DNA from: Flavobacteriales bacterium
GTDB lineage: Bacteria; Bacteroidota; Bacteroidia; Flavobacteriales_D; UBA2798
Assembly (NCBI GenBank): GCA_035299065.1
Contig: DATGXI010000095.1
Location: 12,299-76,298 of the forward strand
Reading direction: 5' to 3'
Length of the DNA stretch: 64,000 nucleotides
The translations under genes and the position numbers were made by a program. The notes beneath the pieces were generated by a model that was not told the origin of the DNA, did no database searches, and saw only the letters and a program-made list of their open reading frames with translations. Positions 48,975-59,350 of this stretch are shown in pieces (the stretch's first letter is position 1; each line of letters begins with the position of its first letter).

Positions 48975-50366
48975 TTAATTCTTCTTTCTTAAATATTTTT
49001 CAACCTGTTTTACCGAAGGAAGTAATGCCTGTTGGATGCGTTTAGCATAATGTATAGAATCCAAAATTTCTTTTTGCTTTTCTTCCACCAGATGTTTTTG
49101 CCTTTCAATTTCCTTTTTTTGCCGCGATGTGGTTTTAAACCGGTTGAACATAACGATACCGAAAATAAGCGCAAGGCCCAGCCCTCCAAACAACATGTAT
49201 TGCTGAATTCGGGTCGCACGTAAATCGGACTTTTGTCTTGCAATTTCGGCATTTTTAATCTGATCCTTTTTAGCGTTTTCAATACTGTCGGCAAGGGTCC
49301 TTTTTTCAAATGCGTGCTGGTATTGCTGTTGAATAACCTGGCGTTGATTTTGCAGGCTTGAGATGCTGTCACGATAAGCAACAAAATCTGTATAGGCGGA
49401 TAAAGCCTGCTCAAAATCTCCTTTTTTTTGGTATGACTTGTACAAAACAAAACTGGCATCCTTCAGGTAAATAATCTCATTGTGTTTCATGGCAAGTGCA
49501 ATTGTTTTACGGGCATGAACAATGGCCTCATCGTATTTTTTTTGACGCATGAGTATATTGCCAATATTCACATGGGCCGATGCAACAGCCGCTTCTTCAC
49601 CCTGCGTTTCCATGATGCGCAACACTTCATATAATAATTCGAGGGCCTTTTCAAAATTACCCTGGTCGCTATATGCACCCGCCAAAAAACTGGTCGCATA
49701 ACCAAGTTGAAGTGGATTACCCAACCGTTTACGAAGCGCATAGGATTTTGTATAATAAATTAATGCGGTATCAAATTTTTTAGTTAACCGGTAATTACTA
49801 CCAATGTTGGCGTACGAATTGGCTATGCCTGCGGAGTCAGCGGTTTCAATACGCATGGCCAATCCTTTTTTCAAAAACTCACTTGCTTTCACAAAATCCT
49901 TTTGGTCTTGTAAAATAATACCAATGTTGTTGTAGCATTTGCCAATGTTTGCTTTATCGTTAAGTTTTTCATAAAGATTAAGAGCTTTGTAATAGTATTT
50001 AATTCCTTTGCCATAATCACTTTTGTCAACATAAACCACTCCCTGGTTATTGCAGGATGACGCCAATGCCTTGCGAAAAAAAAGCAACTCTTTTTTTGCT
50101 AATTTTTGCTTTAGATTGGCACTACTAATGCGTTCTATTTTATTGTTTAGTTGCAAATCCATATCGGCATCGCTCAAGTAAATCATATCATCCCACTTAA
50201 CCAGGGCATTAATGCGAATACTGTCATGTACCTTTGATTCAGTAATTTTTTTGAGTGAATCAATTACACGGTTATTGCTTTGTTGTGAAAAGGCCGAAAA
50301 AGAAGTGAGATACAAAGCAAACAGGAGGCAAAATGCGGCACAATTTTTATATTCCTTCATGTTCAA
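48975..50366 (-). CDS. TPR-repeat membrane receptor with a short cytoplasmic tail and no output domain
   Basis: Signal peptide; several TPRs (CYNNIGII, SYANIGSNY, AHVNIGNIL); one TM (YMLFGGLGLALIFGIVMF); coiled coil ending KEILDSIHYAKRIQQALLP then stop. Confidence 0.85.
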   Translation of the reverse strand: MNMKEYKNCAAFCLLFALYLTSFSAFSQQSNNRVIDSLKKITESKVHDSIRINALVKWDDMIYLSDADMDLQLNNKIERISSANLKQKLAKKELLFFRKALASSCNNQGVVYVDKSDYGKGIKYYYKALNLYEKLNDKANIGKCYNNIGIILQDQKDFVKASEFLKKGLAMRIETADSAGIANSYANIGSNYRLTKKFDTALIYYTKSYALRKRLGNPLQLGYATSFLAGAYSDQGNFEKALELLYEVLRIMETQGEEAAVASAHVNIGNILMRQKKYDEAIVHARKTIALAMKHNEIIYLKDASFVLYKSYQKKGDFEQALSAYTDFVAYRDSISSLQNQRQVIQQQYQHAFEKRTLADSIENAKKDQIKNAEIARQKSDLRATRIQQYMLFGGLGLALIFGIVMFNRFKTTSRQKKEIERQKHLVEEKQKEILDSIHYAKRIQQALLPSVKQVEKYLRKKN

Positions 50367-50571
50367 ATATAGGAAAATTCATGCCGGACCTAACATAACC
50401 GACCCTACCTGCCCGAAACATTGGCTAAAGTAATCCCAACATAACCGGGCCCCTTTAAAACCGGTCAAGGTTACTGTGCTAATAAGGCTAGTCAATGGTT
50501 TAGCTTGTTACCCCCCGCATAATATAAGTCAATAAAAAAGTTAATTTTTAAAAAACATACATTTAATTTAA

Positions 50572-50579
50572 TACTTTTG
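50572..50579 (+). promoter_or_regulatory. -7 promoter element for the leader ORF/RND operon
   Basis: TACTTTTG overlaps the track's TTG start, so ATG 50586 is the more likely start. Confidence 0.55.
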
Positions 50580-50585
50580 GTGCTT

Positions 50586-51026
50586 ATGCAAACCAGGCGC
50601 AGTTTACCGGGCAAAATCTCCAAAAAGGTCTCAACAAGATCTTTTATACCCCTGTTCCTTGTTTTTCTTTTTGCCTTTTCCATTTTTTTTCAGCCATCTG
50701 GTTCGTATTCAACTTTAGGTGCCGTTCAAAAAAAAATGGCCAAAAATCTTATTGTTATTTCAGGCACTAACCAAGGTAAAACTGAAAAAAACACTCAACA
50801 AATCCCTTTTGAACCGGTAGAAAACGAAAACGATGATGAAAACGAGAAGGAAGATGATACTGATGATACTGATGAGGAAAATCCATTTTGTAAATCTGTT
50901 TTAACGTATACATATGATGGGCTTTCATTTGTACAAAAATCTACTTCATTTGTAGCATCTTTTCAAAACCGTTCAACCGTTTCACTTTTTATTCTTTACC
51001 ACTCCTGGAAGAGTTTTCTTTCTTAA
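50586..51026 (+). CDS. Hypothetical single-TM leader protein upstream of the RND operon
   Basis: TM (FIPLFLVFLFAFSIFF), acidic tract (ENENDDENEKEDDTDDTDEE) and hydrophobic C-terminus SLFILYHSWKSFLS. Confidence 0.6.
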   Translation: MQTRRSLPGKISKKVSTRSFIPLFLVFLFAFSIFFQPSGSYSTLGAVQKKMAKNLIVISGTNQGKTEKNTQQIPFEPVENENDDENEKEDDTDDTDEENPFCKSVLTYTYDGLSFVQKSTSFVASFQNRSTVSLFILYHSWKSFLS

Positions 51027-51156
51027 TGCCAAAATAGTCATTCCTATTTACTAAACAATTTTCGCTTTGAAAAAGGCGCGCCTGCGTATTGCGCATTTGT
51101 ACCGATTCATTTTCCAGGTTGTTGTTGTTTGGCATTAATTCATTAAAATCAATTTT

Positions 51157-52242
51157 ATGAAACGTATTTCGTGCCTAATGTGCACTATGGCCGTGCTATT
51201 TATTAACGGCTGCAAAAATAAAAATACCGAGGCATTAATAAGCTCCCGGTTTAACGTAACAAGCCCGGTTAAAAAAGATACCATCATTTTTAAGGATTAC
51301 GTATGCCAGGTACGTTCCATACAACATATTGAATTAAGGGCCCTTGAAAAAGGATACCTTCAGGCCATTTTTGTAGACGAGGGACAATTTGTAAAAAAAG
51401 GGCAACTCATGTTCCAGATTATGCCACTTGTTTACCAGGCTGAAATGGAGAAAGCCGAAGCTGAGGCGGAGTTTGCCGAGATCGAATACCAGAACACAAA
51501 AAATTTAGCCGATAGTAACATTGTTTCAAAAAATGAATTAGCGCTTTCCAAAGCACGTTTCAATAAAGCCAAAGCCGAGTTATCACTGGCAAAAGCTCAT
51601 TTAGGATTTACCGAAATTCATGCACCTTTTGACGGCATAATGGATAGGTTCAATGTAAGACTAGGGAGTCTTGTTGATGAAGGTGAACTTTTATCCACCT
51701 TATCTGACAACAGTAAGATGTGGGTTTATTTTAATGTACCTGAAGTTGAATACCTGAATTACGCCATTCATTCAAAACATGACAGCCTTTCGCAGGTTAA
51801 ATTAAAAATGGCAAACGATGAGATGTTTGAATACACTGGTATTGTCGAAACAATTGAAGCTGACTTCAACAATGAAACCGGAAACATTTCGTTCCGTGCA
51901 ACATTTCCTAACCCGGATAAACTTTTACGCCATGGCGAAACTGGCAACATTCTTATGCCCGTTGTACTTAAAAACGCTTTACTTGTTCCTGAAAAAGCCG
52001 TATTCGAGATTCTTGACAAGAAATACGTTTTTGTGGTTGACGAAAAAAACGTGATTCACTCTAAAGAAATAACCGTAGGCACCGAATTACCCCATTTATC
52101 TGTTGTCACATCAGGGCTAACCGATAAAGATAAAATCCTTATTGAAGGACTTCGAAAGGTCAGGAACAACCAAACGGTCCGAACCCGCTTCATTTCCCAG
52201 GAAAAAGTTCTGTCTGAAATGAAAAACCTTCACGCTGAATGA
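51157..52242 (+). CDS. RND efflux periplasmic adaptor (MFP)
   Basis: Lipobox FING-C; GYLQAIFVDEGQFVKKGQLMF, IHAPFDG and TGNISFRATFPNP motifs. Confidence 0.95.
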   Translation: MKRISCLMCTMAVLFINGCKNKNTEALISSRFNVTSPVKKDTIIFKDYVCQVRSIQHIELRALEKGYLQAIFVDEGQFVKKGQLMFQIMPLVYQAEMEKAEAEAEFAEIEYQNTKNLADSNIVSKNELALSKARFNKAKAELSLAKAHLGFTEIHAPFDGIMDRFNVRLGSLVDEGELLSTLSDNSKMWVYFNVPEVEYLNYAIHSKHDSLSQVKLKMANDEMFEYTGIVETIEADFNNETGNISFRATFPNPDKLLRHGETGNILMPVVLKNALLVPEKAVFEILDKKYVFVVDEKNVIHSKEITVGTELPHLSVVTSGLTDKDKILIEGLRKVRNNQTVRTRFISQEKVLSEMKNLHAE

Positions 52243-52267
52243 CCCCAATTCATTAAAAAAAAAGAAA

Positions 52268-55200
52268 ATGTTCAGTAAATTCATTCAACGACCGGTTCTT
52301 GCTATTGCAATTTCCCTGTCAATTATTTTTCTTGGCTTTCTTGCCATGAACACCCGGCCTGTATCACAGTTCCCTGATATTGCTCCGCCACGCGTAAACA
52401 TATTTATTGCCTTTCCCGGTGCCAGTGCCGATGTGCTGGTGAAATCAACGCTTATTCCAATGGAGCGCGCCATTAATGGTGTGCAGGGCATGCAGTACAT
52501 TATTTCAGATGCAACCAGTGCAGGTGAAGCAACCATTCAAATTGTATTTGAACCCGGTACCGACCCCAACGCAGCTGTTGTGAATGTTAAAACCAGGGTT
52601 GACCAAATCATGAACAATCTTCCTCCATTGGTGCAACGTGAAGGAATTATTATTACACCCATTCAACCCAGTATGTTGATGTATGTAAATCTCTACAGTA
52701 CTGATAAAAATGCCGATGAAAAGTTTTTGTATAATTATGCAAGCGTTAAAATATTACCGGAGCTGCAACGCATTAGCGGCATGGGTAGGGCCCAAATTTT
52801 AGGAAGCCGGCAATTTGCCATGCGGCTTTGGCTTAAACCTGACAGAATGCGCGCTTACAATATTTCTACCCAGGAAATAATGGATGCCGTAAGTGAGCAA
52901 AGCATTATTGGACGACCCGGGCGTTTAGGGCAGGCTTCAGGCAAAACTGCTCAATCGAAAGAATATGTTTTGATATACAAGGGACGTTTTAATAAACCTG
53001 AAGAATATGAAAATATTATTATTCGGGCAAATCCAAAAGGGGAAATACTAAGAATAAAGGATGTGGCCGAAGTTGAATTGGGAAGCGAGTTTTTTGATAT
53101 TTACTCCAATAAAGATGGTTACCCTGCCGCTTCAATTGTACTCAAACAAAATTTTGGGAGCAATGCCAGTAAAGTAATTGACCAGGTCAAACAAAAGCTG
53201 GAAGAACTAAAAAACTATTTTCCGCCTGGCATGTCATACCAGATTAATTACGATGTATCAAAATTTGTAAACGCTTCCGTTGAAAAAGTCATGCACACAC
53301 TTATAGAAGCATTTATACTTGTTGCCCTTGTAGTGTTTCTTTTTCTGGGTGATTTGCGTTCAACACTTATTCCAACACTTGCTGTTCCGGTATCACTAAT
53401 TGGTACGTTTATATGCATGCAATTATTTGGCTTAACAATTAACCTGATTACGTTATTTGCATTGGTGCTGGCCATTGGTATAGTTGTTGACGATGCCATT
53501 GTTGTTGTAGAGGCCGTACACGCAAAAATGGCCAGTGAACGTTTATCTCCTTATAATGCGGTAAAAAAAGTATTGGGAGAAATTAGCGGTGCCATTATTG
53601 CCATTACGCTTATCATGACAGCTGTTTTTGTACCCGTAGCTTTCATGAGTGGCCCGGTGGGAATTTTTTACAGACAATTTTCCATCACCATGGCCAGTGC
53701 TATTATCTTATCGGGCATTGTTGCACTTACACTTACACCCGTATTATGTGCCATGATACTTAAAAATACGCATGATTCTCCTGCAAAAAAGTCGCCCATA
53801 AACCGATTTATTAATTGGTTTAATAGAGGCTTTGAAAAAGTAACAGGTCGCTATTCAAGACTTATTCAACTTATAGCAAACCGCAGATTAATCACATTTG
53901 GCATGCTTGCCTTATTTTCAATTGGCATTTTTTCGGTCAATCAGCATTTACCGGCAGGTTTTATTCCCAACGAAGATCAGGGAATGATTTATGCCATTAT
54001 TCAAACGCCTCCAGGTGCTACCTTGGAACGAACAAACGAGGTAAGCAGGGAATTGCAAAAAATAGCATTGGAAATTGACGGAATTGAGTCCGTTTCATCG
54101 CTTGCGGGTTATGAAATTCTTACTGAAGGACGCGGATCAAATGCAGGAACTTGTTTAATTAATTTAAAAGACTGGTCTGAACGACATCAGTCCATGCATG
54201 AAATAATTGAGGAATTGGAGGAAAAATCAAAAAACATTGGAGCAACTATTGAATATTTTGAACCACCAGCCGTGCCGGGATACGGTTCTTCCGATGGTTT
54301 TTCATTGCGTATGTTGGATAAAAATGGCGAGGTAGATTACCAGGAATTTGATAAAGTGAATACTGAATTCATGGAGGCTTTGCGCAAGCGAAAAGAATTA
54401 AGCGGACTCTTCACTTTTTTTGCAGCCAATTACCCGCAATATGAGCTAATAATTGACAATGAACTGGCTATGCAAAAAGGTGTTTCTATTGGAAAAGCCA
54501 TGGAAAACCTGGATATTTTAATTGGCAGCACCTATGAACAGGGTTTTGTACGATTCAATACGTTTTTCAAAGTGTATACACAAGCATCGCCAGAATACCG
54601 CAAATTACCCACTGATGTATTGAACCTTTTCATTAAAAACGAAATGGGCGAAATGGTCCCCTACTCTTCGTTCATGAAAATGAAAAAAACACAGGGACCA
54701 AATGAAATTACCCGCTTCAACTTGTATACATCATCTTCCATCAGGGGTGTTCCGGCAAAAGGATACACAACCGGTGATGCAATTAAAGCCATACAGGAAG
54801 TGGCTGAACAAACATTGCCACAAGGTTATGACATAGCGTGGGAGGGTCTTTCATACGATGAGGCCAACCGCGGCAATGAAGCGCTTTATATTTTTATTGT
54901 GGTTCTATTATTTGTTTACCTGGTTTTAGCAGCACAATATGAAAGTTTTATTATTCCATTGGCTGTAGTATTGTCACTGCCAGCAGGAGTTTTTGGATCT
55001 TTCATGCTGTTGGATATAATGGGACTTGCAAATGACATATACGCTCAAATTGGCTTGATCATGCTTGTTGGTTTGTTGGGAAAAAATGCGGTATTGATTG
55101 TGGAATTTGCTGTTCAAAAGCACAATCAGGGAGCAAGCATTCTTGAAGCAGCGGTAGAGGGTGCAAAAGTGCGTTTCAGGCCCATACTCATGACATCGTT

Positions 55201-55498
55201 TGCGTTTATAGCCGGTCTGTTGCCACTGGTTGTTGCAACAGGACCAGGTGCTATTGGAAACCGTACAATAGGATCATCGGCATTAGGAGGTATGTTATTC
55301 GGAACATTGTTTGGAGTCATCATTGTTCCAGGCTTGTATTTTATTTTCGGAAAATTAGCTGAGGGAAGAAAACTGATAAGAGACCAGGATGAAAATCCAC
55401 TGAGTGAGGATTTTGTTGAAAGCATGACTTCTCATTTACAAGAAGAAATTGATAACAATAACAATTCAGAAATAGCGAATCATGAAAAAGAATCATAA
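52268..55498 (+). CDS. RND efflux permease (HAE1/AcrB-like)
   Basis: FIQRPVLA, LVLAIGIVVDDAIVVVE, GLLGKNAVLIVEF and RFRPILMTS motifs. Confidence 0.97.
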   Translation: MFSKFIQRPVLAIAISLSIIFLGFLAMNTRPVSQFPDIAPPRVNIFIAFPGASADVLVKSTLIPMERAINGVQGMQYIISDATSAGEATIQIVFEPGTDPNAAVVNVKTRVDQIMNNLPPLVQREGIIITPIQPSMLMYVNLYSTDKNADEKFLYNYASVKILPELQRISGMGRAQILGSRQFAMRLWLKPDRMRAYNISTQEIMDAVSEQSIIGRPGRLGQASGKTAQSKEYVLIYKGRFNKPEEYENIIIRANPKGEILRIKDVAEVELGSEFFDIYSNKDGYPAASIVLKQNFGSNASKVIDQVKQKLEELKNYFPPGMSYQINYDVSKFVNASVEKVMHTLIEAFILVALVVFLFLGDLRSTLIPTLAVPVSLIGTFICMQLFGLTINLITLFALVLAIGIVVDDAIVVVEAVHAKMASERLSPYNAVKKVLGEISGAIIAITLIMTAVFVPVAFMSGPVGIFYRQFSITMASAIILSGIVALTLTPVLCAMILKNTHDSPAKKSPINRFINWFNRGFEKVTGRYSRLIQLIANRRLITFGMLALFSIGIFSVNQHLPAGFIPNEDQGMIYAIIQTPPGATLERTNEVSRELQKIALEIDGIESVSSLAGYEILTEGRGSNAGTCLINLKDWSERHQSMHEIIEELEEKSKNIGATIEYFEPPAVPGYGSSDGFSLRMLDKNGEVDYQEFDKVNTEFMEALRKRKELSGLFTFFAANYPQYELIIDNELAMQKGVSIGKAMENLDILIGSTYEQGFVRFNTFFKVYTQASPEYRKLPTDVLNLFIKNEMGEMVPYSSFMKMKKTQGPNEITRFNLYTSSSIRGVPAKGYTTGDAIKAIQEVAEQTLPQGYDIAWEGLSYDEANRGNEALYIFIVVLLFVYLVLAAQYESFIIPLAVVLSLPAGVFGSFMLLDIMGLANDIYAQIGLIMLVGLLGKNAVLIVEFAVQKHNQGASILEAAVEGAKVRFRPILMTSFAFIAGLLPLVVATGPGAIGNRTIGSSALGGMLFGTLFGVIIVPGLYFIFGKLAEGRKLIRDQDENPLSEDFVESMTSHLQEEIDNNNNSEIANHEKES

Positions 55499-56912
55499 TT
55501 ATAAACTGGCAGTAATGCTTTTATTGCTGGTATTTGTTTGGGGTTGTCACATTCCAAAAAACGCCATGCGGGTTGAAAACAAAAAAATGCCGGGTGGCTA
55601 TTTCAGATCAACAAATGACACGGTGACATCACCCGTTAAATGGCGGGAATATTTCACAGACCCCGATTTAGTGATATTAATTGATACAGCATTGAAAAAT
55701 AACCAGGAAATAAACATTGTTTTACAGGAAATCGAAATTCAAAAAAATGAAATCTTGGCCCGGAAAGGAGAATATTTACCCTCAGTAAGTTTAAAAGCTG
55801 CAGCTGGAGCCGAAAAAACGGCACGGTATACACGCAACGGTGCAGTGGAAGACAATTTAACCATTGCCGAAGACAAAAAATTCCCTGAACCACTCCCCGA
55901 TTTTGTGGTGGGAACTTATGCCTCGTGGGAATTGGATGTATGGAAAAAAATGCGTAATTCAAAAAAAGCAGCCACAGCCCGGTATTTAGCCAGTGTTGAA
56001 GGTCGAAACTTTTCAATTACTTACATTGTTGGTGAAATTGCGAGCGCCTATTATGAATTAATGGGCCTGGACAATCATTTAGATATCGTCAAAAAAAATA
56101 TTGAATTGCAAAAAAGCATATTGGAAACAATTCAAATGGAAAAGGATAATGCTCGTTTAACACAACTTGCCGTTAACAGGTTCCAGGCTCAATTGCTTAA
56201 TACACAAAACCTGCAATACGAAATAAACCAGCAAATAGTACAGGTTGAAAACCGCATCAACTTTTTAGCAGGAAGGTTTCCACAACCTGTAAAAAGAAAT
56301 TCTGCTAATTTTTATTCTTTAAACCTTGATTCGGTTAAAACAGGTACGCCATCCCAGCTGCTTGCCAACCGGCCTGATATACGCCAGGCTGAACTGGAAT
56401 TGCAAGCGGCCAAATTAGATGTAAAGTCGGCCAGGGCAAATTTTTACCCATCTTTGAGCTTACAGGCCGGAACTGGCCTACAGTCATTCAAGCCAACGCT
56501 TTTACTTAACCCAAAATCCATATTATATAATTTAGCTGGCGATTTAGTAGCTCCTTTATTAAACAGGAATGCCATTAAAGCCCTGTATAAAAATGCCAGC
56601 GCAACACAAATTCAAGCAGTATACAAATATGAACAAACACTTTTAAATGCTTACATTGATGTCATGAACAATGTTGCTAAAATCAACAATCTGAAACTGA
56701 GTTTTGAAACCAAGTCAAAAGAAGCAGACATACTTACACAATCAATTACCATTTCTACCAATTTATTTAAATCGGCAAGAGCTGATTATGCCGAGGTTTT
56801 ACTTACACAGCGCGAAGCCCTGGAATCTAAAATTGAATTAGTAGAAATAAAAATGAAACTATTGAATGCGAAAGTAAATGTTTACAGGGCCTTAGGCGGA
56901 GGATGGCATTAA
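55482..56912 (+). CDS. Outer-membrane efflux lipoprotein (TolC/OprM family)
   Basis: Lipobox VWG-C; LIDTALKNN, WELDVW, LLANRPDIRQAE and YRALGGGW motifs. Confidence 0.95.
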   Translation: MKKNHNYKLAVMLLLLVFVWGCHIPKNAMRVENKKMPGGYFRSTNDTVTSPVKWREYFTDPDLVILIDTALKNNQEINIVLQEIEIQKNEILARKGEYLPSVSLKAAAGAEKTARYTRNGAVEDNLTIAEDKKFPEPLPDFVVGTYASWELDVWKKMRNSKKAATARYLASVEGRNFSITYIVGEIASAYYELMGLDNHLDIVKKNIELQKSILETIQMEKDNARLTQLAVNRFQAQLLNTQNLQYEINQQIVQVENRINFLAGRFPQPVKRNSANFYSLNLDSVKTGTPSQLLANRPDIRQAELELQAAKLDVKSARANFYPSLSLQAGTGLQSFKPTLLLNPKSILYNLAGDLVAPLLNRNAIKALYKNASATQIQAVYKYEQTLLNAYIDVMNNVAKINNLKLSFETKSKEADILTQSITISTNLFKSARADYAEVLLTQREALESKIELVEIKMKLLNAKVNVYRALGGGWH

Positions 56913-56922
56913 AGTCCATTGA

Positions 56923-57606
56923 TTATTTCCCGATTTTAGCTAAAAATTCCTTTTTATAGGTTTCTGAAACCGGAATTATTTTGTCTCCAATTTTAATTTC
57001 GTCTCTTGCTATACTTTCAATTTTTTTAATGGCTACCATGTATGATTTATGTACACGGCAAATGCGGTTTGAGGGGAGCATGGATTCCAATTCTCCAAAT
57101 GTTTGAAGTGTCATTATTTTTTTTGAAACCGTATGCAACCTGCGGTAATCACGCATGCCTTCAATGTAAAGAAGGTCTTCTAAAAACACCTTTTCAAGGC
57201 GATATTCGGTTTTTACGAAAATAAAATTAATGTCATTGTTATTTCCTCTTTCTTTGTTTTTTACGGCCTTTTGAACGGCTTGTTCAAAACGCGCAAACGT
57301 AAATGGCTTCAATAAATAATCGGTAACGTTCAGGTCAAATCCTTTTAACGCGTATTCATGGTAAGCCGTTGTAAGAATAACTTCAGCCTGTATGTTTGAC
57401 CTTTCCAATAATTCAATTCCCGACATTTCATCCATGTGAATGTCCAGAAAAATAATGTCAACCTTATTGTTTTGCAGAAATGTTTGCGCCTCTTTTGCAT
57501 TTTCAAAACAACCCAGTAATTCAAGGCCCGGATGCTTTTTAACATAGTCCCTGGTTTTTTCAAGGGCCAGGGGTTCGTCTTCAACTATAATGCAGGTGTG
57601 TTTCAC
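56923..57606 (-). CDS. LytTR-family response regulator
   Basis: Receiver (IVEDE, FLDIHM, DYLLKP) plus LytTR (RVHKSYMV). Confidence 0.96.
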   Translation of the reverse strand: MKHTCIIVEDEPLALEKTRDYVKKHPGLELLGCFENAKEAQTFLQNNKVDIIFLDIHMDEMSGIELLERSNIQAEVILTTAYHEYALKGFDLNVTDYLLKPFTFARFEQAVQKAVKNKERGNNNDINFIFVKTEYRLEKVFLEDLLYIEGMRDYRRLHTVSKKIMTLQTFGELESMLPSNRICRVHKSYMVAIKKIESIARDEIKIGDKIIPVSETYKKEFLAKIGK

Positions 57607-58649
57607 GCCAGCGAAATTACCAATTTTACACCATATGTGCCGCCACTTTTACTCACATCAAGGGTATGTTTGCCCGGATACAGTAGTTCAAGGCGCTTTT
57701 TGGCCAGGTCGTTACCAAGACCACCCTTTAGTTCCTGCGCAGTATGGCCATCCGAATACGTGTTACTGCACTCAAACAGTATCCACTCAGAATCTACTTT
57801 GAATTTTACCCGGATGGCCTTTTCTGCTTTTTTATTTTCAGTGTGTTTTACCGCGTTTTCAATATAAGGCATAAACAGCATGGGAGCAACCAGTGGATTG
57901 AAATCGCCTTTTGTTTCATAGTGTATATATTCAGGATTACTACTCCGAATTTTTTGAAGTTCCAGGTATTTTTCAATGTTCTCAACCTCTTTTGAAAACG
58001 GTACTTTTTCGGTTTGTGTCTCATACAACATATACCGCAAGATATCAGAAAGCTTATTTAAATAGGTTGAAGCCTGTTCAGGATCTTTACGGATCAATAC
58101 ATCAATATTGTTGATGGTGTTGAATAAAAAATGCGGATTGATTTGGGCTTTGATCAATTCAAGCTCCATTTGCAGGTTCTTATTTTTGAGTTCTTGCTTG
58201 ACCTTAATATCTTTATAAGAAGTAATAAATCCACGAATCACAATTCCCAATACGGCATGTACTCCTGTAATTACACCCATAATAAAGATTATTCCAGGAG
58301 AAACTGTTCCTACCATATAGAAGCCCGTAATTAAATAAACAACAAGAAATACCGTATAATTGGCAACAAAAACAGAAAGAACCCCTAAGGCTATAAGTTG
58401 CCAGATTTTTTTCCGTTGAAAGAATCGAGGATAAAGAAAAAGATAACTGGTATAAAATGCAATGGCCGAGTTTAGGAAGAAGCAAATAAGTAAAAACCCA
58501 ATATTACCTGCAGTGAATACCGTATTGGCGTAAGGTAAACCATTTTCATCCTTCACATCAATGGTATAGGCAAAAACCGCAAAGGCAAATAAAAACGTAT
58601 AGGCCATCCAATACGCTATGTGAATTAACACAACTACAAATTTGTTCAT
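57603..58649 (-). CDS. LytS-type sensor histidine kinase
   Basis: Several TM helices; LKAQINPHFLFNTINNI, PMLFMPYIENAVKH and GGLGNDL motifs; ATGA overlap with the regulator gene. Confidence 0.94.
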   Translation of the reverse strand: MNKFVVVLIHIAYWMAYTFLFAFAVFAYTIDVKDENGLPYANTVFTAGNIGFLLICFFLNSAIAFYTSYLFLYPRFFQRKKIWQLIALGVLSVFVANYTVFLVVYLITGFYMVGTVSPGIIFIMGVITGVHAVLGIVIRGFITSYKDIKVKQELKNKNLQMELELIKAQINPHFLFNTINNIDVLIRKDPEQASTYLNKLSDILRYMLYETQTEKVPFSKEVENIEKYLELQKIRSSNPEYIHYETKGDFNPLVAPMLFMPYIENAVKHTENKKAEKAIRVKFKVDSEWILFECSNTYSDGHTAQELKGGLGNDLAKKRLELLYPGKHTLDVSKSGGTYGVKLVISLA

Positions 58650-58740
58650 GAGTATTTATTTTATTTGTTCAAAATTACCCTATTTGGGCAGGTTAAAAAA
58701 ACAAACTTCGCCATATTGGTGCATTTGTCTGCAAAACCTG

Positions 58741-58748
58741 TATTTTTG
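58741..58748 (+). promoter_or_regulatory. -7 promoter element for the DUF1569 gene
   Basis: TATTTTTG, 26 nt upstream of ATG 58775. Confidence 0.55.
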
Positions 58749-58774
58749 CCTTTGAAATATGTTATACCCAACAC

Positions 58775-59221
58775 ATGAAATCAGTTTTTGAGCCATCAAC
58801 CCGCCAGGAATTAATCACCCGCATTAATTCATTAAGTGCGCAACATACTGCACAATGGGGAAAAATGGATGTTTTTCAAATGGCCAGGCATTGCACGCAT
58901 GCCGAAGAAATGTACCACGGCACTTTAAAAATAAAACGTGTTTTCATTGGTCGCCTTATTGGAAAAATGGTGTTAAAGAAATTTATTAAAGATGAAAAGC
59001 AGTTGAGCAAAAATTCACCAACAGCAGCTGTTTTAAATACAAAGGATACAAGTGGCGATTTAGAGATTCAAAAAAAAGAATGGATAAGGCGCGTAGAGCA
59101 ATTTGGCGAGTTTAACAATCCACATTTTGTTCACCCGTTTTTTGGCCCCATGACAAAAGAAGAAATTGGTGTTTTTGCCTACAAACACGATGACCATCAC
59201 CTTCGGCAATTTGGGGCCTGA
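58775..59221 (+). CDS. DUF1569 (DinB-like) protein
   Basis: QWGKMDVFQMARHC, HPFFGPMT and YKHDDHHLRQFG motifs. Confidence 0.9.
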   Translation: MKSVFEPSTRQELITRINSLSAQHTAQWGKMDVFQMARHCTHAEEMYHGTLKIKRVFIGRLIGKMVLKKFIKDEKQLSKNSPTAAVLNTKDTSGDLEIQKKEWIRRVEQFGEFNNPHFVHPFFGPMTKEEIGVFAYKHDDHHLRQFGA

Positions 59222-59350
59222 ACCTTAAAAAATCAGGATATTCAAAACAACCTCAGCGAATTAAAAATTTCGCGTTTCATTTTTTCCCATTCAAAAAAAA
59301 TGTATCTTGACACATAAATCAATGATACCTTAAACTCTAAAAACATACCC

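Noticed and set aside
48940-48975. TPR receptor read as a frameshifted pseudogene
   Set aside because: No PP2C remnant fits in the 34-bp gap and the upstream ORF is intact; kept as a CDS, although a past deletion cannot be excluded.
58690-58740. Possible LytTR binding repeats upstream of the DUF1569 gene
   Set aside because: The TTCGCC/TTGGTG/TTGTCT units are too degenerate to support without an alignment.
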